A stretch of 58,143 nucleotides of DNA. Origin: an uncultured Clostridia bacterium (lineage in GTDB: Bacteria; Bacillota; Clostridia; TANB77; CAG-508). The notes under the pieces were generated by a model, which was not told the origin of the DNA, ran no database searches, and saw only the letters and a list, made by a program, of their open reading frames with translations. Both the position numbers and the translations under genes were made by a program. Of the stretch, positions 32,949 to 43,115 are shown in pieces. Location of the stretch: NCBI GenBank assembly GCA_947593355.1, contig CANQDO010000003.1, forward strand, positions 1-58,143, read 5' to 3'. Position 1 is the stretch's first letter, and every line of letters starts with the position of its first letter.

Positions 32949-33533
32949 ATGGAGAAAAAACATATTATATCTTTAGGAGGACAACTAGCTAGTGGAAAAA
33001 GCACTATATCTAAAATATTGCAAGAAAATTTAAATTTTGGAATATATAAAAATGGAGATTATTTCAGAAAATTAGCAATGGAAATGGGAATGGACGTTAC
33101 AACATTTAATGTATATGTAATAAATCACCCCGAAATAGATAGAAAAATTGAGTATAGTGCAAAAGAGTATGCTAAAGAGCATGATAATTTCATAATAGAT
33201 GCTAGGTTGGGATTTTATGCAGTTCCAGAATCTTTTAAAGTATATTTAAAAGTGGATATAAATGAAGCAGCTAAAAGAGCATTTTATGATGAAAATAGAA
33301 AAAAATCAGAAAATTTTGCTACTATTGAAGAACAAAAAGAAGATATGATAAAAAGGTATAATTTAGAAAATGAGAGATATTTTAATTTATATGGTGTTAG
33401 AAAAGAAGATGAAAGTAATTATGACTTAATAGTAGATACTACATATATTACACCAGAACAAGCAGCAACAATTATAAAAGAAGAATACTTAAAATGGCTA
33501 GAAAAGGAAAGAAACCGTGTAATAGATGAGTAG
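32949..33533 (+). CDS. Cytidylate kinase-like P-loop kinase (archaeal-type CMP kinase family)
   Basis: IISLGGQLASGKST, GDYFR..A...GM, ID...., DARL, YDLIVDT. Confidence 0.75.
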   Translation: MEKKHIISLGGQLASGKSTISKILQENLNFGIYKNGDYFRKLAMEMGMDVTTFNVYVINHPEIDRKIEYSAKEYAKEHDNFIIDARLGFYAVPESFKVYLKVDINEAAKRAFYDENRKKSENFATIEEQKEDMIKRYNLENERYFNLYGVRKEDESNYDLIVDTTYITPEQAATIIKEEYLKWLEKERNRVIDE

Positions 33534-33655
33534 AATATCAAGAAATTATAAAATGAAGTGCAAAACATAGATAAGATGATACAAATATAATATGCGATAA
33601 AGTAATAATATATAATAGAATAACAATATGCAATATGAAAAGAGATAATTAATAT

Positions 33656-33692
33656 AAAAAAGCGAGGGAAAATAACACAACCCTCGCTTTTT
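33656..33692. terminator. Bidirectional intrinsic terminator
   Basis: AAAAAGCGAGGG / CCCTCGCTTTTT between convergent genes. Confidence 0.75.
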
Positions 33693-33745
33693 GGAGTGCC
33701 TAATATAGGTAATTGCATAAATCACGGACTATAATCGAAACTTAC

Positions 33746-33949
33746 TTAAAAAGAAGAAAAGTCGATTGTTTTGACCGTGGTATTTACCCGTATAGGTGCA
33801 TTGCAACCGGAGATATGTTGCAGGTAACGCTGACTTAAAAGATTGTTATTAATTGCGTCCACCAGCAAGTTGTACAGAGAATCGGTGGGAACAACGTTCA
33901 CCCCATAAACCTTCCATGTGCCTTTTTTGGTTACAATTTTTCTGGTCAT
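33746..33949 (-). CDS. Small hypothetical protein (~67 aa, start MTRKIV)
   Basis: AGGAGG RBS on the minus strand ahead of the ATG at 33949. Confidence 0.6.
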   Translation of the reverse strand: MTRKIVTKKGTWKVYGVNVVPTDSLYNLLVDAINNNLLSQRYLQHISGCNAPIRVNTTVKTIDFSSF

Positions 33950-34146
33950 AATGCAAATCCTCCTGAAATAAAATATTTTACCATATAATATTAACATAAA
34001 AACAAGAAAAAATCAATTAGTAATGAATATTTTGCGAAATATATAAAAAGACATTGACATAATCAATGGAAAATAATATAATAATGTCGTAACTTGTAGT
34101 ATAATTTAGCATTTTTTATGCTAAATGTTTTGGAGAGGGGGCCAAT

Positions 34147-34356
34147 ATGAGAGTGATTGATCTTGAAAAAAACGAAATTGAGGCCTTGACCAGTATTACA
34201 AGGGAAGAGGCAAAAAAGAGGTTGGAATCAGGCAAGCCTGTAATCTGCAAAGTAGATGCAAGGCTATACGAAAGGGTAGAAAGTCCGCTTGATTTAATAA
34301 ATATAATCAACCTCGAAAAAAACAAAATCTATGACAAGCTGACATTTTTTGTTTAA
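34147..34356 (+). CDS. Small hypothetical protein (69 aa)
   Basis: GGAGAGGGG RBS, TTGACA at 34055, own terminator. Confidence 0.65.
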   Translation: MRVIDLEKNEIEALTSITREEAKKRLESGKPVICKVDARLYERVESPLDLINIINLEKNKIYDKLTFFV

Positions 34357-34400
34357 ACTAGGTATAAAAGCTTGTGAACAAATGCTCTGTTGGTCAAAAG

Positions 34401-34436
34401 GAAGAAATCCAGTAAAAATAACTGGATTTCTTCTTG
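34401..34436 (+). terminator. Intrinsic terminator
   Basis: AAGAAATCCAGT / ACTGGATTTCTT. Confidence 0.8.
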
Positions 34437-34485
34437 TTTATTGTAAAAAATTTTGATATACTGTATAAAAATGGAGGAGTTCTAA

Positions 34486-36738
34486 ATGATAGCACAAGTT
34501 ATAATAAATACAAATGCAAAAGAATTGAATAAAACATTTGAGTACAATGTGCCAATAGAAATGCAACCAAAAATAAAAATTGGTAGCAGAGTATTAGTAT
34601 CATTTGGAAGAAGTAAAAGCTTAGAAGAGGGCTTTGTTATAGGCTTTGTAGAAAATTCAAAATACAAATTAAAAGATATAGAAAAAATAGAGGAAAAAGA
34701 TTTTATAGATGAAGAATATATAGAACTTGCAAAGTGGATGGCCAAAAGATATTTTTGTAACATTTCTGAATGTATAAAGTTAATGTTGCCACCAGGAACG
34801 AAAACTAAAACAGTAGATAATAGAGTAAAAGAAAAAACCGCAAAATTTGTAAGTTTGAAAGTAGAAGAAGATAAAGTAAAAGAAGAAATAGAACAAAATT
34901 TGATAAAGTCAGATAAACATATAAGATTACTAAATTTTTTGTTAGAAAATGGTGAAACTAATATAACTGAACTGGAAATGTTTGCAGATGTTTCAAAAGC
35001 TGTAATAAAAACTGTAGAAAAAAATGGCTATATCGAAATAAAAGATAAACAAATTGAAAGAAATCCATTTATACATAAAGTAATGCCAGATAGAACTACA
35101 AATTTAAAATTTACAGAAGAACAGCAAAAAGCATATAATGCAATAGAAACAGCAATAGATGATAAAATGAATTCAGAATTTTTAATTTTTGGTGTGACTG
35201 GTTCTGGAAAGACTGAAATATATCTTCAAGCAATACAAAAGGTATTAAATGAAGGAAAGTCTAGTATTATGCTAGTGCCAGAAATTTCACTTACTCCCCA
35301 AATGGTAGATAGGTTTATAAGTAGGTTTGGAGTAAACAAAATAGCAGTTTTGCATAGTAAACTATCAGTAGGAGAAAGGTTTGATAGTTGGAATAAAATA
35401 AAGTCAGGAGAAGCAAAAATAGTAATAGGTGCACGTTCTGCAATGTTTGCACCAGTTCAAAATTTAGGTTTAATTATAATTGATGAAGAGCATGATAGTT
35501 CATATAAATCAGAAATGACGCCGAGATATGACGTAAGAGTTGTAGCAAGAAAAATTGCTAAAAATAAAAATATTCCTTTAGTGTTAGGCAGTGCTACACC
35601 AGATATGGTAACATATTTTAAAGCAACTAAAGGTGAAATTGAACTTTTAGAACTTACAAAAAGAGCCAATAATTCTAAATTACCTAATGTAGAAATTGTA
35701 GATTTGAGAGAAGAATTGGCAAATGGAAATAGGTCAATGTTAAGCGTAAAACTATACAGCGAAATTGAAAAAAATTTAAAGGAACATCATCAAACGATAT
35801 TGTTTTTAAATAGAAGAGGTTATTCAACATTTATAATGTGCCGAAATTGTGGGTATACTGTTAAATGTAAGCATTGTAATATAACAATGACATATCACTT
35901 AAAGGAGAATAAATTAAAATGTCATTATTGTGGATATGAGGAAAAACCAGTAAAAGTATGTCCTGTATGCAAAAGCGAAAATATAAGATATTTTGGTACA
36001 GGAACTCAAAAATTAGAAGCGGAAATAAATAAATTGTTTCCAAATGCATCTACAATAAGAATGGACGTAGATACAGTAACAAAGAAGAATTCACATGAGC
36101 AAATTTTGAATAAATTCAAAAATGATGGAATTGATATATTAATTGGAACACAAATGGTAGTAAAAGGGCATCATTTTCCAAATGTAACTTTAGTAGGCGT
36201 AATTGCAGCAGATAGTTCGCTTAATATAGATGATTATATGGCAAGTGAAAGAACATTCCAAATATTAACGCAAGTTGAAGGAAGAGCCGGACGAGAGAGT
36301 TTAGATGGGAAAGTTATAGTTCAAACATATAATCCAGATAATTTTGCAATAGAATGTGCGAAAAAGCAAGATTACAAGGCATTTTATAACACAGAAATAG
36401 CTTTAAGAAAGCAGTTGAAATATCCACCCTTTTGCGATATAATAATAATTGGCATTAGCGGGGAAAAGGAGCAAGAAGTTATAAAATTATCAGAAAAATT
36501 ACATAGTTATTTTAAACAAAGAATAATAACTGAAAAAATAGGAATTTTGTTATATAAGCCATTGCCAGCTCCAATAGATAAAATAAAAAATAATTATCGA
36601 TGGAGAATGATTATAAAATGCTTATATAATAAACAAATAAATGACTTAATTAATGATGGATTAGAGCAAATATATAATTCAAATAAAAGTCAAGATGTAA
36701 GGGTTGTGGTTAGCATAAATCCTAGTAGTATGATGTAA
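34486..36738 (+). CDS. priA: Primosomal protein N'
   Basis: GVTGSGKTEIY, DEEH, SAT, zinc-finger cysteines, QVEGRAGR. Confidence 0.96.
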   Translation: MIAQVIINTNAKELNKTFEYNVPIEMQPKIKIGSRVLVSFGRSKSLEEGFVIGFVENSKYKLKDIEKIEEKDFIDEEYIELAKWMAKRYFCNISECIKLMLPPGTKTKTVDNRVKEKTAKFVSLKVEEDKVKEEIEQNLIKSDKHIRLLNFLLENGETNITELEMFADVSKAVIKTVEKNGYIEIKDKQIERNPFIHKVMPDRTTNLKFTEEQQKAYNAIETAIDDKMNSEFLIFGVTGSGKTEIYLQAIQKVLNEGKSSIMLVPEISLTPQMVDRFISRFGVNKIAVLHSKLSVGERFDSWNKIKSGEAKIVIGARSAMFAPVQNLGLIIIDEEHDSSYKSEMTPRYDVRVVARKIAKNKNIPLVLGSATPDMVTYFKATKGEIELLELTKRANNSKLPNVEIVDLREELANGNRSMLSVKLYSEIEKNLKEHHQTILFLNRRGYSTFIMCRNCGYTVKCKHCNITMTYHLKENKLKCHYCGYEEKPVKVCPVCKSENIRYFGTGTQKLEAEINKLFPNASTIRMDVDTVTKKNSHEQILNKFKNDGIDILIGTQMVVKGHHFPNVTLVGVIAADSSLNIDDYMASERTFQILTQVEGRAGRESLDGKVIVQTYNPDNFAIECAKKQDYKAFYNTEIALRKQLKYPPFCDIIIIGISGEKEQEVIKLSEKLHSYFKQRIITEKIGILLYKPLPAPIDKIKNNYRWRMIIKCLYNKQINDLINDGLEQIYNSNKSQDVRVVVSINPSSMM

Positions 36739-36768
36739 TAGCCAAAAAGACTAAAAGGGGGAGAAAAA

Positions 36769-37254
36769 ATGGCAGTAAGAATAGTAAGAGAAGAAGGAGA
36801 CGAAATACTCAGAAAAAAGTCAAGAGAGGTCGAAAATGTAGATGATAAAATAAGAGAATTGCTAGACGATATGGTAGAAACGATGCATAAATATAATGGT
36901 GTAGGTCTTTCTGCTGTACAAGTTGGAGTTTTAAAAAGAGTAATTGTAATAGATTTATATGATGATAAAGGTCCAATAAAGCTTGTAAATCCTGTAATAA
37001 TAAAAGAAAAGGGAGAGCAAGAAGTAGAAGAAGGATGTTTAAGCTTTCCTAATAAATATGCAAGAATAATTAGACCTGCAGAAGTTACAGTGGAAGCTTT
37101 AGACGAGAATGGAAAGAAAATAAAAATTCATGCAAAGGAATTATTGGCTCAAGCATTATGCCATGAAATAGATCATTTAAATGGTATACTTTTTATTGAT
37201 TGTATGATTCCAGGAACGTTACAGTATGTTGAACCTGAAAAGGATAAAAAATAA
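36769..37254 (+). CDS. def: Peptide deformylase
   Basis: GVGLSAVQVG, EGCLS, HEIDHLNG. Confidence 0.97.
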   Translation: MAVRIVREEGDEILRKKSREVENVDDKIRELLDDMVETMHKYNGVGLSAVQVGVLKRVIVIDLYDDKGPIKLVNPVIIKEKGEQEVEEGCLSFPNKYARIIRPAEVTVEALDENGKKIKIHAKELLAQALCHEIDHLNGILFIDCMIPGTLQYVEPEKDKK

Positions 37255-37363
37255 TTTTGTGTATTGCAAATAAAAGAGAAAGGTAAGCATCTTTTATTTT
37301 ACTAGAGAAATAATATGAAAAATATAATATCAGTTTTATACTTTCAAGTAGAACGAGAAGGGA

Positions 37364-38359
37364 ATGAAAATATTTATGAGAATTTTATTTATGGGAACAC
37401 CAGATTTTGCAGAAGAGTCTTTAAGGGAAATTTGTCAAACTGAAAATGAGGTTGTTGGAGTTGTTACAAATCCAGATAAACCCAAGGGTAGGGGAATGAA
37501 AATGGTAGCTTCGCCTGTAAAAGAATATGCCCTTTCTCAAAATTTGAAGGTGTATCAACCAGAAAAGGTTAGAAATAATACAGAATTTATAAATGAAATA
37601 AATGCTTTAAATCCAGATTTAATATGCGTTGTAGCTTATGGGAAAATTCTTCCAAAAGAAATATTAGACATTCCTAAATTAGGATGTGTAAATGTGCATG
37701 CGTCTCTTTTACCTAAATATAGAGGGGCAGCGCCAATTCAATGGGCAGTGTTAAATGGAGATAAAGAAACAGGTGTAACCACAATGTACATGGATGTGGG
37801 AATGGATACAGGAGATATGATTTTAACTGAAAAGGTGCAAATTGGAGAAGATGAAACCACTGGTGAACTTTGGGATAGACTTGCAAAAATTGGAGGTAAA
37901 CTTTTAGTAGAAACAATAGATCAAATAGAAAGGAAAACAGCACCAAGAATAAAGCAAGGTGAAGATTATACAATGGCACCAATGTTAGAAAAAGAAATGG
38001 CAAAAATAGAATGGAATAATATGCCAATGGCTAAAATAAAAAATTTAGTAAGAGGCTTAAATCCAATAATGGGTGCATATACATTTTTGAATGATAAAAA
38101 AATTAAGTTCTGGAAAGTGCAAACTATGCAAAATGAAAAGTTAGTTGAATTGTTCCCTGATTTAGCAGAATATTTTTATAAAGTACAGGACATAACACCT
38201 GGCACAGTAATGTTTTCAGATAGCAAAAAAGGCTTATTTGTTAAAGCAATGGATGGAGTTATAGAAGTAAAAGAAATACAAGGTGAAAACGCAAAAAGGA
38301 TGAATATATCAGATTTCTTAAGGGGTACACCAATAAATGTAGGCGAAATATTTAACTAA
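37364..38359 (+). CDS. fmt: Methionyl-tRNA formyltransferase
   Basis: FMGTPDFA, NVHASLLPKYRGAAPIQ, GMDTGD. Confidence 0.97.
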   Translation: MKIFMRILFMGTPDFAEESLREICQTENEVVGVVTNPDKPKGRGMKMVASPVKEYALSQNLKVYQPEKVRNNTEFINEINALNPDLICVVAYGKILPKEILDIPKLGCVNVHASLLPKYRGAAPIQWAVLNGDKETGVTTMYMDVGMDTGDMILTEKVQIGEDETTGELWDRLAKIGGKLLVETIDQIERKTAPRIKQGEDYTMAPMLEKEMAKIEWNNMPMAKIKNLVRGLNPIMGAYTFLNDKKIKFWKVQTMQNEKLVELFPDLAEYFYKVQDITPGTVMFSDSKKGLFVKAMDGVIEVKEIQGENAKRMNISDFLRGTPINVGEIFN

Positions 38360-38571
38360 ACTATTAGGGACGAGGTTAAATAGTTTAGCAAATTTATTTT
38401 TTTAATTAAACTATTAGGGACGTTGTTAAATAGTTTAGTGGATAATAATGGTTTTATTGTAATATATTAGTGTGTTTTCACTAAACTATTTAACAACGTC
38501 CCTAATAGTTTAATGGTAATTTTCAGTTACGCTAACGTGCTAAACTATTTAACCCCGTCCCTAATAGTTTA
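38357..38571. repeat. Four-unit nested REP palindrome (38357-38387+, 38407-38437+, 38482-38512-, 38541-38571-); inverted homolog of 6152-6364
   Basis: Spacers are near reverse complements of those at 6152-6364; starts at the fmt TAA. Confidence 0.95.
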
Positions 38572-38672
38572 GTAATCAAAAAAATTTTTACAAAAACAGT
38601 TGTAAAATAAAAATCAAATTGGTATACTTATAGTATCTAAATATTTAATATAAAATTTAGGAGGTATAAACA

Positions 38673-39104
38673 ATGGAAGAAAAAGAAGTTAAAAAAGAGG
38701 AAAAAGTAGAAAAAGTCGATGAAATAACATTAACAGATACAAATCAATCAGATGAAATTAAAATAGCAGATGATGTAGTAGCGGTAATAGCTGGTGTAGC
38801 AGTAGCAGAAGTATCAGGAGTTGCATCAATGGCAGGTGGCTTTGCAGGAGGAATTACAGAAGTATTAAGTGGAAAGAAAAATTTAGCAAAAGGAATTAAA
38901 GTAGAAGTAGGAGATAAAGAAACCAAAATAGATGTTAATATTATAGTAGAATATGGTGTAAGAATACCAGATGTAGCTTTTGAAATTCAAAACAGAGTAA
39001 AAAAAGCAGTAGAAACAATGACTGGTTTAAAAGTTTTAGAAGTAAATGTTCATGTACAAGGTGTTAATACAGAAACTAAAGACGAAGAAAAAGATGGAGA
39101 ATAA
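38673..39104 (+). CDS. Asp23/Gls24 (YqhY-like) envelope stress protein
   Basis: IKIADDVVAVIAGVA, KGIKVEV, IIVEYG..IPDVA..IQ, MTGLKV.EVNVHV. Confidence 0.92.
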   Translation: MEEKEVKKEEKVEKVDEITLTDTNQSDEIKIADDVVAVIAGVAVAEVSGVASMAGGFAGGITEVLSGKKNLAKGIKVEVGDKETKIDVNIIVEYGVRIPDVAFEIQNRVKKAVETMTGLKVLEVNVHVQGVNTETKDEEKDGE

Positions 39105-39193
39105 AATCTATCTAAAGGGGGACGCGGAGCTTCTGTGTCCCTATTTAATTAATAATAAAAATTTCATATAATGTAGAAGGGAATGAAATTTAA

Positions 39194-39757
39194 ATGAAAT
39201 TAATAGATAAAATAGGATTAAAAATATTTTCAATATTAGCACTAATACTTTCAGTTATAATGTGTATATTAATATTTAAATGGGTGAGTTTAGATACAAT
39301 AAATTCAATAATACATAGTGCTTTAAATAATGAAGTGGCTTCAAATATAATATTAGCAGTTTCAATAATATTTATTTTACTTGCAATTAAATGTATATTT
39401 TTTAATTCAAAGGTAAGAGAAATAAATGGTGTAAAGGATGGAATCTTACTAAAAAATGATGATGGACAATTAGTTATATCAAAAACTACATTGGAAGAGT
39501 TAGTTAATAATATAGTAGAAGGTTTTGAAAGTGCAGAAAATCCGGTTACTAGAATAGTGCTAGATAAGGAACATAATTTGATAATAAATGTAATGTTTAA
39601 TGTCAAAGAATCTGCAGTAATAAAAGAGTTATCATCAAATCTTCAAACAAAAATAAAAAATACAATTAAAAAGTCTTCAGATTTAGAAGTAAAAGAGGTT
39701 AATATAACAGTAAGGGAATTGCAGAAGAAACCTGAACAAACCGTGACAACTATATAA
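39194..39757 (+). CDS. amaP: AmaP-like alkaline shock response membrane anchor
   Basis: Two N-terminal TM helices, G.L.IS..T.E.L; synteny with asp23. Confidence 0.75.
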   Translation: MKLIDKIGLKIFSILALILSVIMCILIFKWVSLDTINSIIHSALNNEVASNIILAVSIIFILLAIKCIFFNSKVREINGVKDGILLKNDDGQLVISKTTLEELVNNIVEGFESAENPVTRIVLDKEHNLIINVMFNVKESAVIKELSSNLQTKIKNTIKKSSDLEVKEVNITVRELQKKPEQTVTTI

Positions 39758-39823
39758 TTATAAAGCAACTGGCGAAAGGTAAAATACAGAGTTTAAAAGT
39801 TGTGCCTAGAAAGGATGGTTAAT

Positions 39824-40027
39824 ATGGACAATTTTAAAGAGTTCTTTTCAAATTATGGAGGTATTGTAATAGGAATAATAGTAGCAATATTGCTAATGCT
39901 TACAAGGTTATACATAGTTATAATTGGTATAATAGTAATTGTTGCATGTGCGTATGCAGGTAATTATATACAAAAGAATAAAGATCAAGTAAAGGAAAAA
40001 TTGAAGAATTTTATAGATAAAATGTAA
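39824..40027 (+). CDS. Small membrane protein (DUF2273-like)
   Basis: Two hydrophobic helices; position between amaP and nusB. Confidence 0.7.
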   Translation: MDNFKEFFSNYGGIVIGIIVAILLMLTRLYIVIIGIIVIVACAYAGNYIQKNKDQVKEKLKNFIDKM

Positions 40028-40036
40028 GAGGTAGTT

Positions 40037-40450
40037 ATGAATAGAACAGAAACCAGAGAATTAACATTTAAATTGTTATATAGTAATGAAATTCAAAAAG
40101 ATATTGGACAAGAACAAGTTGATATTTTTATTGAACAATTTGAAGTTAAAAACGAGAACGAGAAAAAATATATAAAAGAAACTTTTGATGGAATTAACAA
40201 AAATTTAGATGAAATAGTAGGCTTAATAGAAAAAAATTTAAAAGAAAAATGGTCAATAGATAGAATATCTAAAATAGATATAGCAATTTTAAAACTTGCT
40301 ATTTATGAACTTTTGAATTCAGATGTTCCATATAAAGTTGTTATAAATGAGGCGGTAGAGCTTGCTAAAAAGTATGGTGATGATTCTTCAAAATCATTTG
40401 TAAATGGTATTTTAGCAAGTATTGTGAAAGATAAAAATATAAGCGAATAA
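40037..40450 (+). CDS. nusB: Transcription antitermination factor NusB
   Basis: W.IDRI.KID.AIL.LAIYE, VINEAVELAKKYG, FVNGIL. Confidence 0.96.
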   Translation: MNRTETRELTFKLLYSNEIQKDIGQEQVDIFIEQFEVKNENEKKYIKETFDGINKNLDEIVGLIEKNLKEKWSIDRISKIDIAILKLAIYELLNSDVPYKVVINEAVELAKKYGDDSSKSFVNGILASIVKDKNISE

Positions 40451-40589
40451 AATGATTAAAATATAAGTACATAATTGTAATTAAAGTATAATTAAAAAAT
40501 AGCTAAAAGAAGTGAACCAAGTAGTAAAAAATACAAATAAAGTATATAAATCAAAGCGAACCAAATAGCAAAAAGCAAGGAGAAATAAA

Positions 40590-41777
40590 GTGGAGTATAA
40601 GCCAATATCAGTTACAGAATTAAATATGTATGTTAAAGAAAAATTTCAACAAGATGAATTTTTAAACAATGTTTTAGTAAAAGGTGAAATATCAAACTTT
40701 AAGCACCATTATACTGGGCACATGTATTTTACGCTCAAAGACGAAAATTCTTTAATAAAATGTGTAATGTTTAAAACATATACTGCAAATTTAAATTTCA
40801 TTCCAAAAGATGGAATGAAAGTAGTTATTTTGGGAACTGTGTCTGTGTTTGAAAGAGATGGAGTATATCAAATATATGCAAAAGCAATGAAACAGGATGG
40901 AATTGGGGATTTATATGCAGAGTATGAAAGGTTAAAAGCAAAGTTAGAAAATGAAGGCTTATTTGATGCATCTCACAAAAAGAAAATTCCTATAATGCCT
41001 AAATGCATAGGAGTTCTAACATCCAATACAGGAGCAGTAATAAGGGATATTATAAATGTATCTACAAGAAGAAATCCAAATGTGTATATAAAGTTATTGC
41101 CTGTACCAGTGCAGGGAAAAGATGCAGCACCTAAAATAGTAAGTGCAATTAGTTTGATGAATGAAAAAAAGTTAGCTGATGTTATAATTGTAGCAAGAGG
41201 AGGAGGGTCTTTAGAGGATTTATGGCCTTTTAATGAAGAAATAGTAGCCAGAGCAATTTATGATTCTGAAATTCCAATAATATCAGCAGTTGGGCATGAA
41301 ACAGATTTTACAATAGCAGATTTTGTGGCAGATTTAAGAGCGCCAACTCCGTCAGCAGCCGCAGAATTAGCTGTTGCAAACATAGATGATGTAAAGGAAA
41401 GATTACATATTTATAATAATAGATATAAAACTGCTTTAAAGAAAAAAGTAGAACTTATGAGATTAAGATTTGAAAAATGTATGAAGAGCAGAGCTTTTTC
41501 AAATCCGTTACAAAATATAAATGAACAATATATGTTACTTGACAAAAAGGTCAAAGGAATAGAAAACGCAATAAAAATAAAATTAAAAGATTCAAGAACA
41601 AAAATGGTAAAGGAAATAGCTAGAATAGACGCTTTAAGCCCTTTAAAAACATTAATAAGAGGCTATTCAATTACAGAATTAAATGGAAAAATAGTTAAAA
41701 GTTCAAAAAGCTTAAAAGCAAATGACCAAATAATATTAAAATTTATAGATGGAGAAAACAGAGCTAAAATTTTGTAA
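40590..41777 (+). CDS. xseA: Exodeoxyribonuclease VII large subunit
   Basis: GEISNF, GHMYFTLKD, ARGGGSLEDLW, SAVGHETD, RAPTPSAAAE. Confidence 0.96.
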   Translation: MEYKPISVTELNMYVKEKFQQDEFLNNVLVKGEISNFKHHYTGHMYFTLKDENSLIKCVMFKTYTANLNFIPKDGMKVVILGTVSVFERDGVYQIYAKAMKQDGIGDLYAEYERLKAKLENEGLFDASHKKKIPIMPKCIGVLTSNTGAVIRDIINVSTRRNPNVYIKLLPVPVQGKDAAPKIVSAISLMNEKKLADVIIVARGGGSLEDLWPFNEEIVARAIYDSEIPIISAVGHETDFTIADFVADLRAPTPSAAAELAVANIDDVKERLHIYNNRYKTALKKKVELMRLRFEKCMKSRAFSNPLQNINEQYMLLDKKVKGIENAIKIKLKDSRTKMVKEIARIDALSPLKTLIRGYSITELNGKIVKSSKSLKANDQIILKFIDGENRAKIL

Positions 41778-41781
41778 ATAA

Positions 41782-42276
41782 ATGGAGGAAATGAATATGA
41801 ATAAAAAAGTAGCATTAATAGCAGCATTGGTATTAGTAATATGTGCGGCAATAATAGTGGCATCTATAATTAGCAATAATGAAAATCCAAATAATAATAT
41901 TGAAGAAAATATAACTGGCAATGTATTTCAAAATGAAATGCAAAATGTTGAAAACAACCAAAGTACTGAAAATGCTGTAGCAAATGAACTACAAGCAGAA
42001 AATGTAGTAGAAAACACACAAGTTACAAACAGCGAAAAAACAAGTGAAGGAACTAATCAAGGTGCGCCATCTGCACCATCTAAAACAGGCGAAGAAATTG
42101 CAATAGAAATAGTAAAAGGAGAATGGGGAGATGATGCCAGTGTTGAGTTCATTGCAGAGAAAAATGAGGATGGAACTTATACAGTGGCAGTTAGAAATAA
42201 ACAAACAACTAGAGCAGAGGCTTTTTACACTGTAAATGTACAAACTGGCATTTTTGTAGAGCAAGATGTTTATTAA
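41782..42276 (+). CDS. Hypothetical membrane-anchored protein inserted between xseA and xseB
   Basis: N-terminal TM helix, Asn/Glu-rich linker, small C-terminal domain. Confidence 0.7.
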   Translation: MEEMNMNKKVALIAALVLVICAAIIVASIISNNENPNNNIEENITGNVFQNEMQNVENNQSTENAVANELQAENVVENTQVTNSEKTSEGTNQGAPSAPSKTGEEIAIEIVKGEWGDDASVEFIAEKNEDGTYTVAVRNKQTTRAEAFYTVNVQTGIFVEQDVY

Positions 42277-42326
42277 GGAAAAATTAAGCTGGAAGGACTT
42301 TTGAAAATGTTTTTCAAAGAAAGGAA

Positions 42327-42566
42327 ATGAAAATGGGTAAGGAAGATATAAATTTTGAGAAAGCAATGGAAAATTTGGAACAAATAGCAAACGAATTGGA
42401 AAAAGGAGATTTAGATTTGGATAGTTCTGTTGCTAAATTTGAAGAAGGTATGAAACTTTCAAAAAAGTGTAGTGAGATTTTGGAAAATGCTGAAAAAAAA
42501 ATTACTATTTTACTACAAAAAGATGGAGAATTAGTAGAAGAAGATTTTGAAAATGATGAACAATAG
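42327..42566 (+). CDS. xseB: Exodeoxyribonuclease VII small subunit
   Basis: FEKAMENLEQI..ELE.GDL.LD.S...FEEG..L. Confidence 0.95.
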   Translation: MKMGKEDINFEKAMENLEQIANELEKGDLDLDSSVAKFEEGMKLSKKCSEILENAEKKITILLQKDGELVEEDFENDEQ

Positions 42567-42583
42567 AAAAAGGGGAAACAAAA

Positions 42584-43018
42584 ATGCTAGGATTTTATCA
42601 AGAATATAAATATTTAATAATGCCATTTGCAATATGGTTTTGTATACAATTATTTAAACTAATATGGGATTTAGTAGTAACACATAAATTTAATTTTAAA
42701 AGAATATTGGGAGCAGGAGGTATGCCAAGTTCACATTCAGCAGTAGTAACATGTCTTGCAACTATGATTGGAAAAACTGCAGGGATAAATTCATATCAAT
42801 TTGCAATGGCTGTTGTATTTGCATCTGTTGTTATGTATGATGCTGCAGGAGTTAGAAGAGCAGCTGGTAAACAAGCAAAATTATTAAATAAAATAATAGA
42901 AACACCAGGGCTTACTGGTGGCGAAGTATCAGAAAAGTTGGTAGAAGTATTAGGTCATACTCCTAAACAAGTTTTTGTTGGAGCAGTAATAGGAATTATA
43001 GTAGGCTTAATTGTTTAA
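42584..43018 (+). CDS. Divergent PAP2 family (DUF212) membrane protein
   Basis: GGMPSSHSA, VMYDAAGVRR.AG, LGHTP. Confidence 0.92.
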   Translation: MLGFYQEYKYLIMPFAIWFCIQLFKLIWDLVVTHKFNFKRILGAGGMPSSHSAVVTCLATMIGKTAGINSYQFAMAVVFASVVMYDAAGVRRAAGKQAKLLNKIIETPGLTGGEVSEKLVEVLGHTPKQVFVGAVIGIIVGLIV

Positions 43019-43115
43019 TACATAAATTGCATAATGTACAATTTAAGGTAAAAAATCTAAAATACATAAAATTTTAAAAAACATAAAAATCATAAAACGC
43101 ATAAAAGGAGGAACA

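Noticed and set aside
39117-39142. Hairpin containing GGGAC after asp23
   Set aside because: GGGAC is paired in the stem rather than in a loop; more simply an ordinary terminator-like hairpin.
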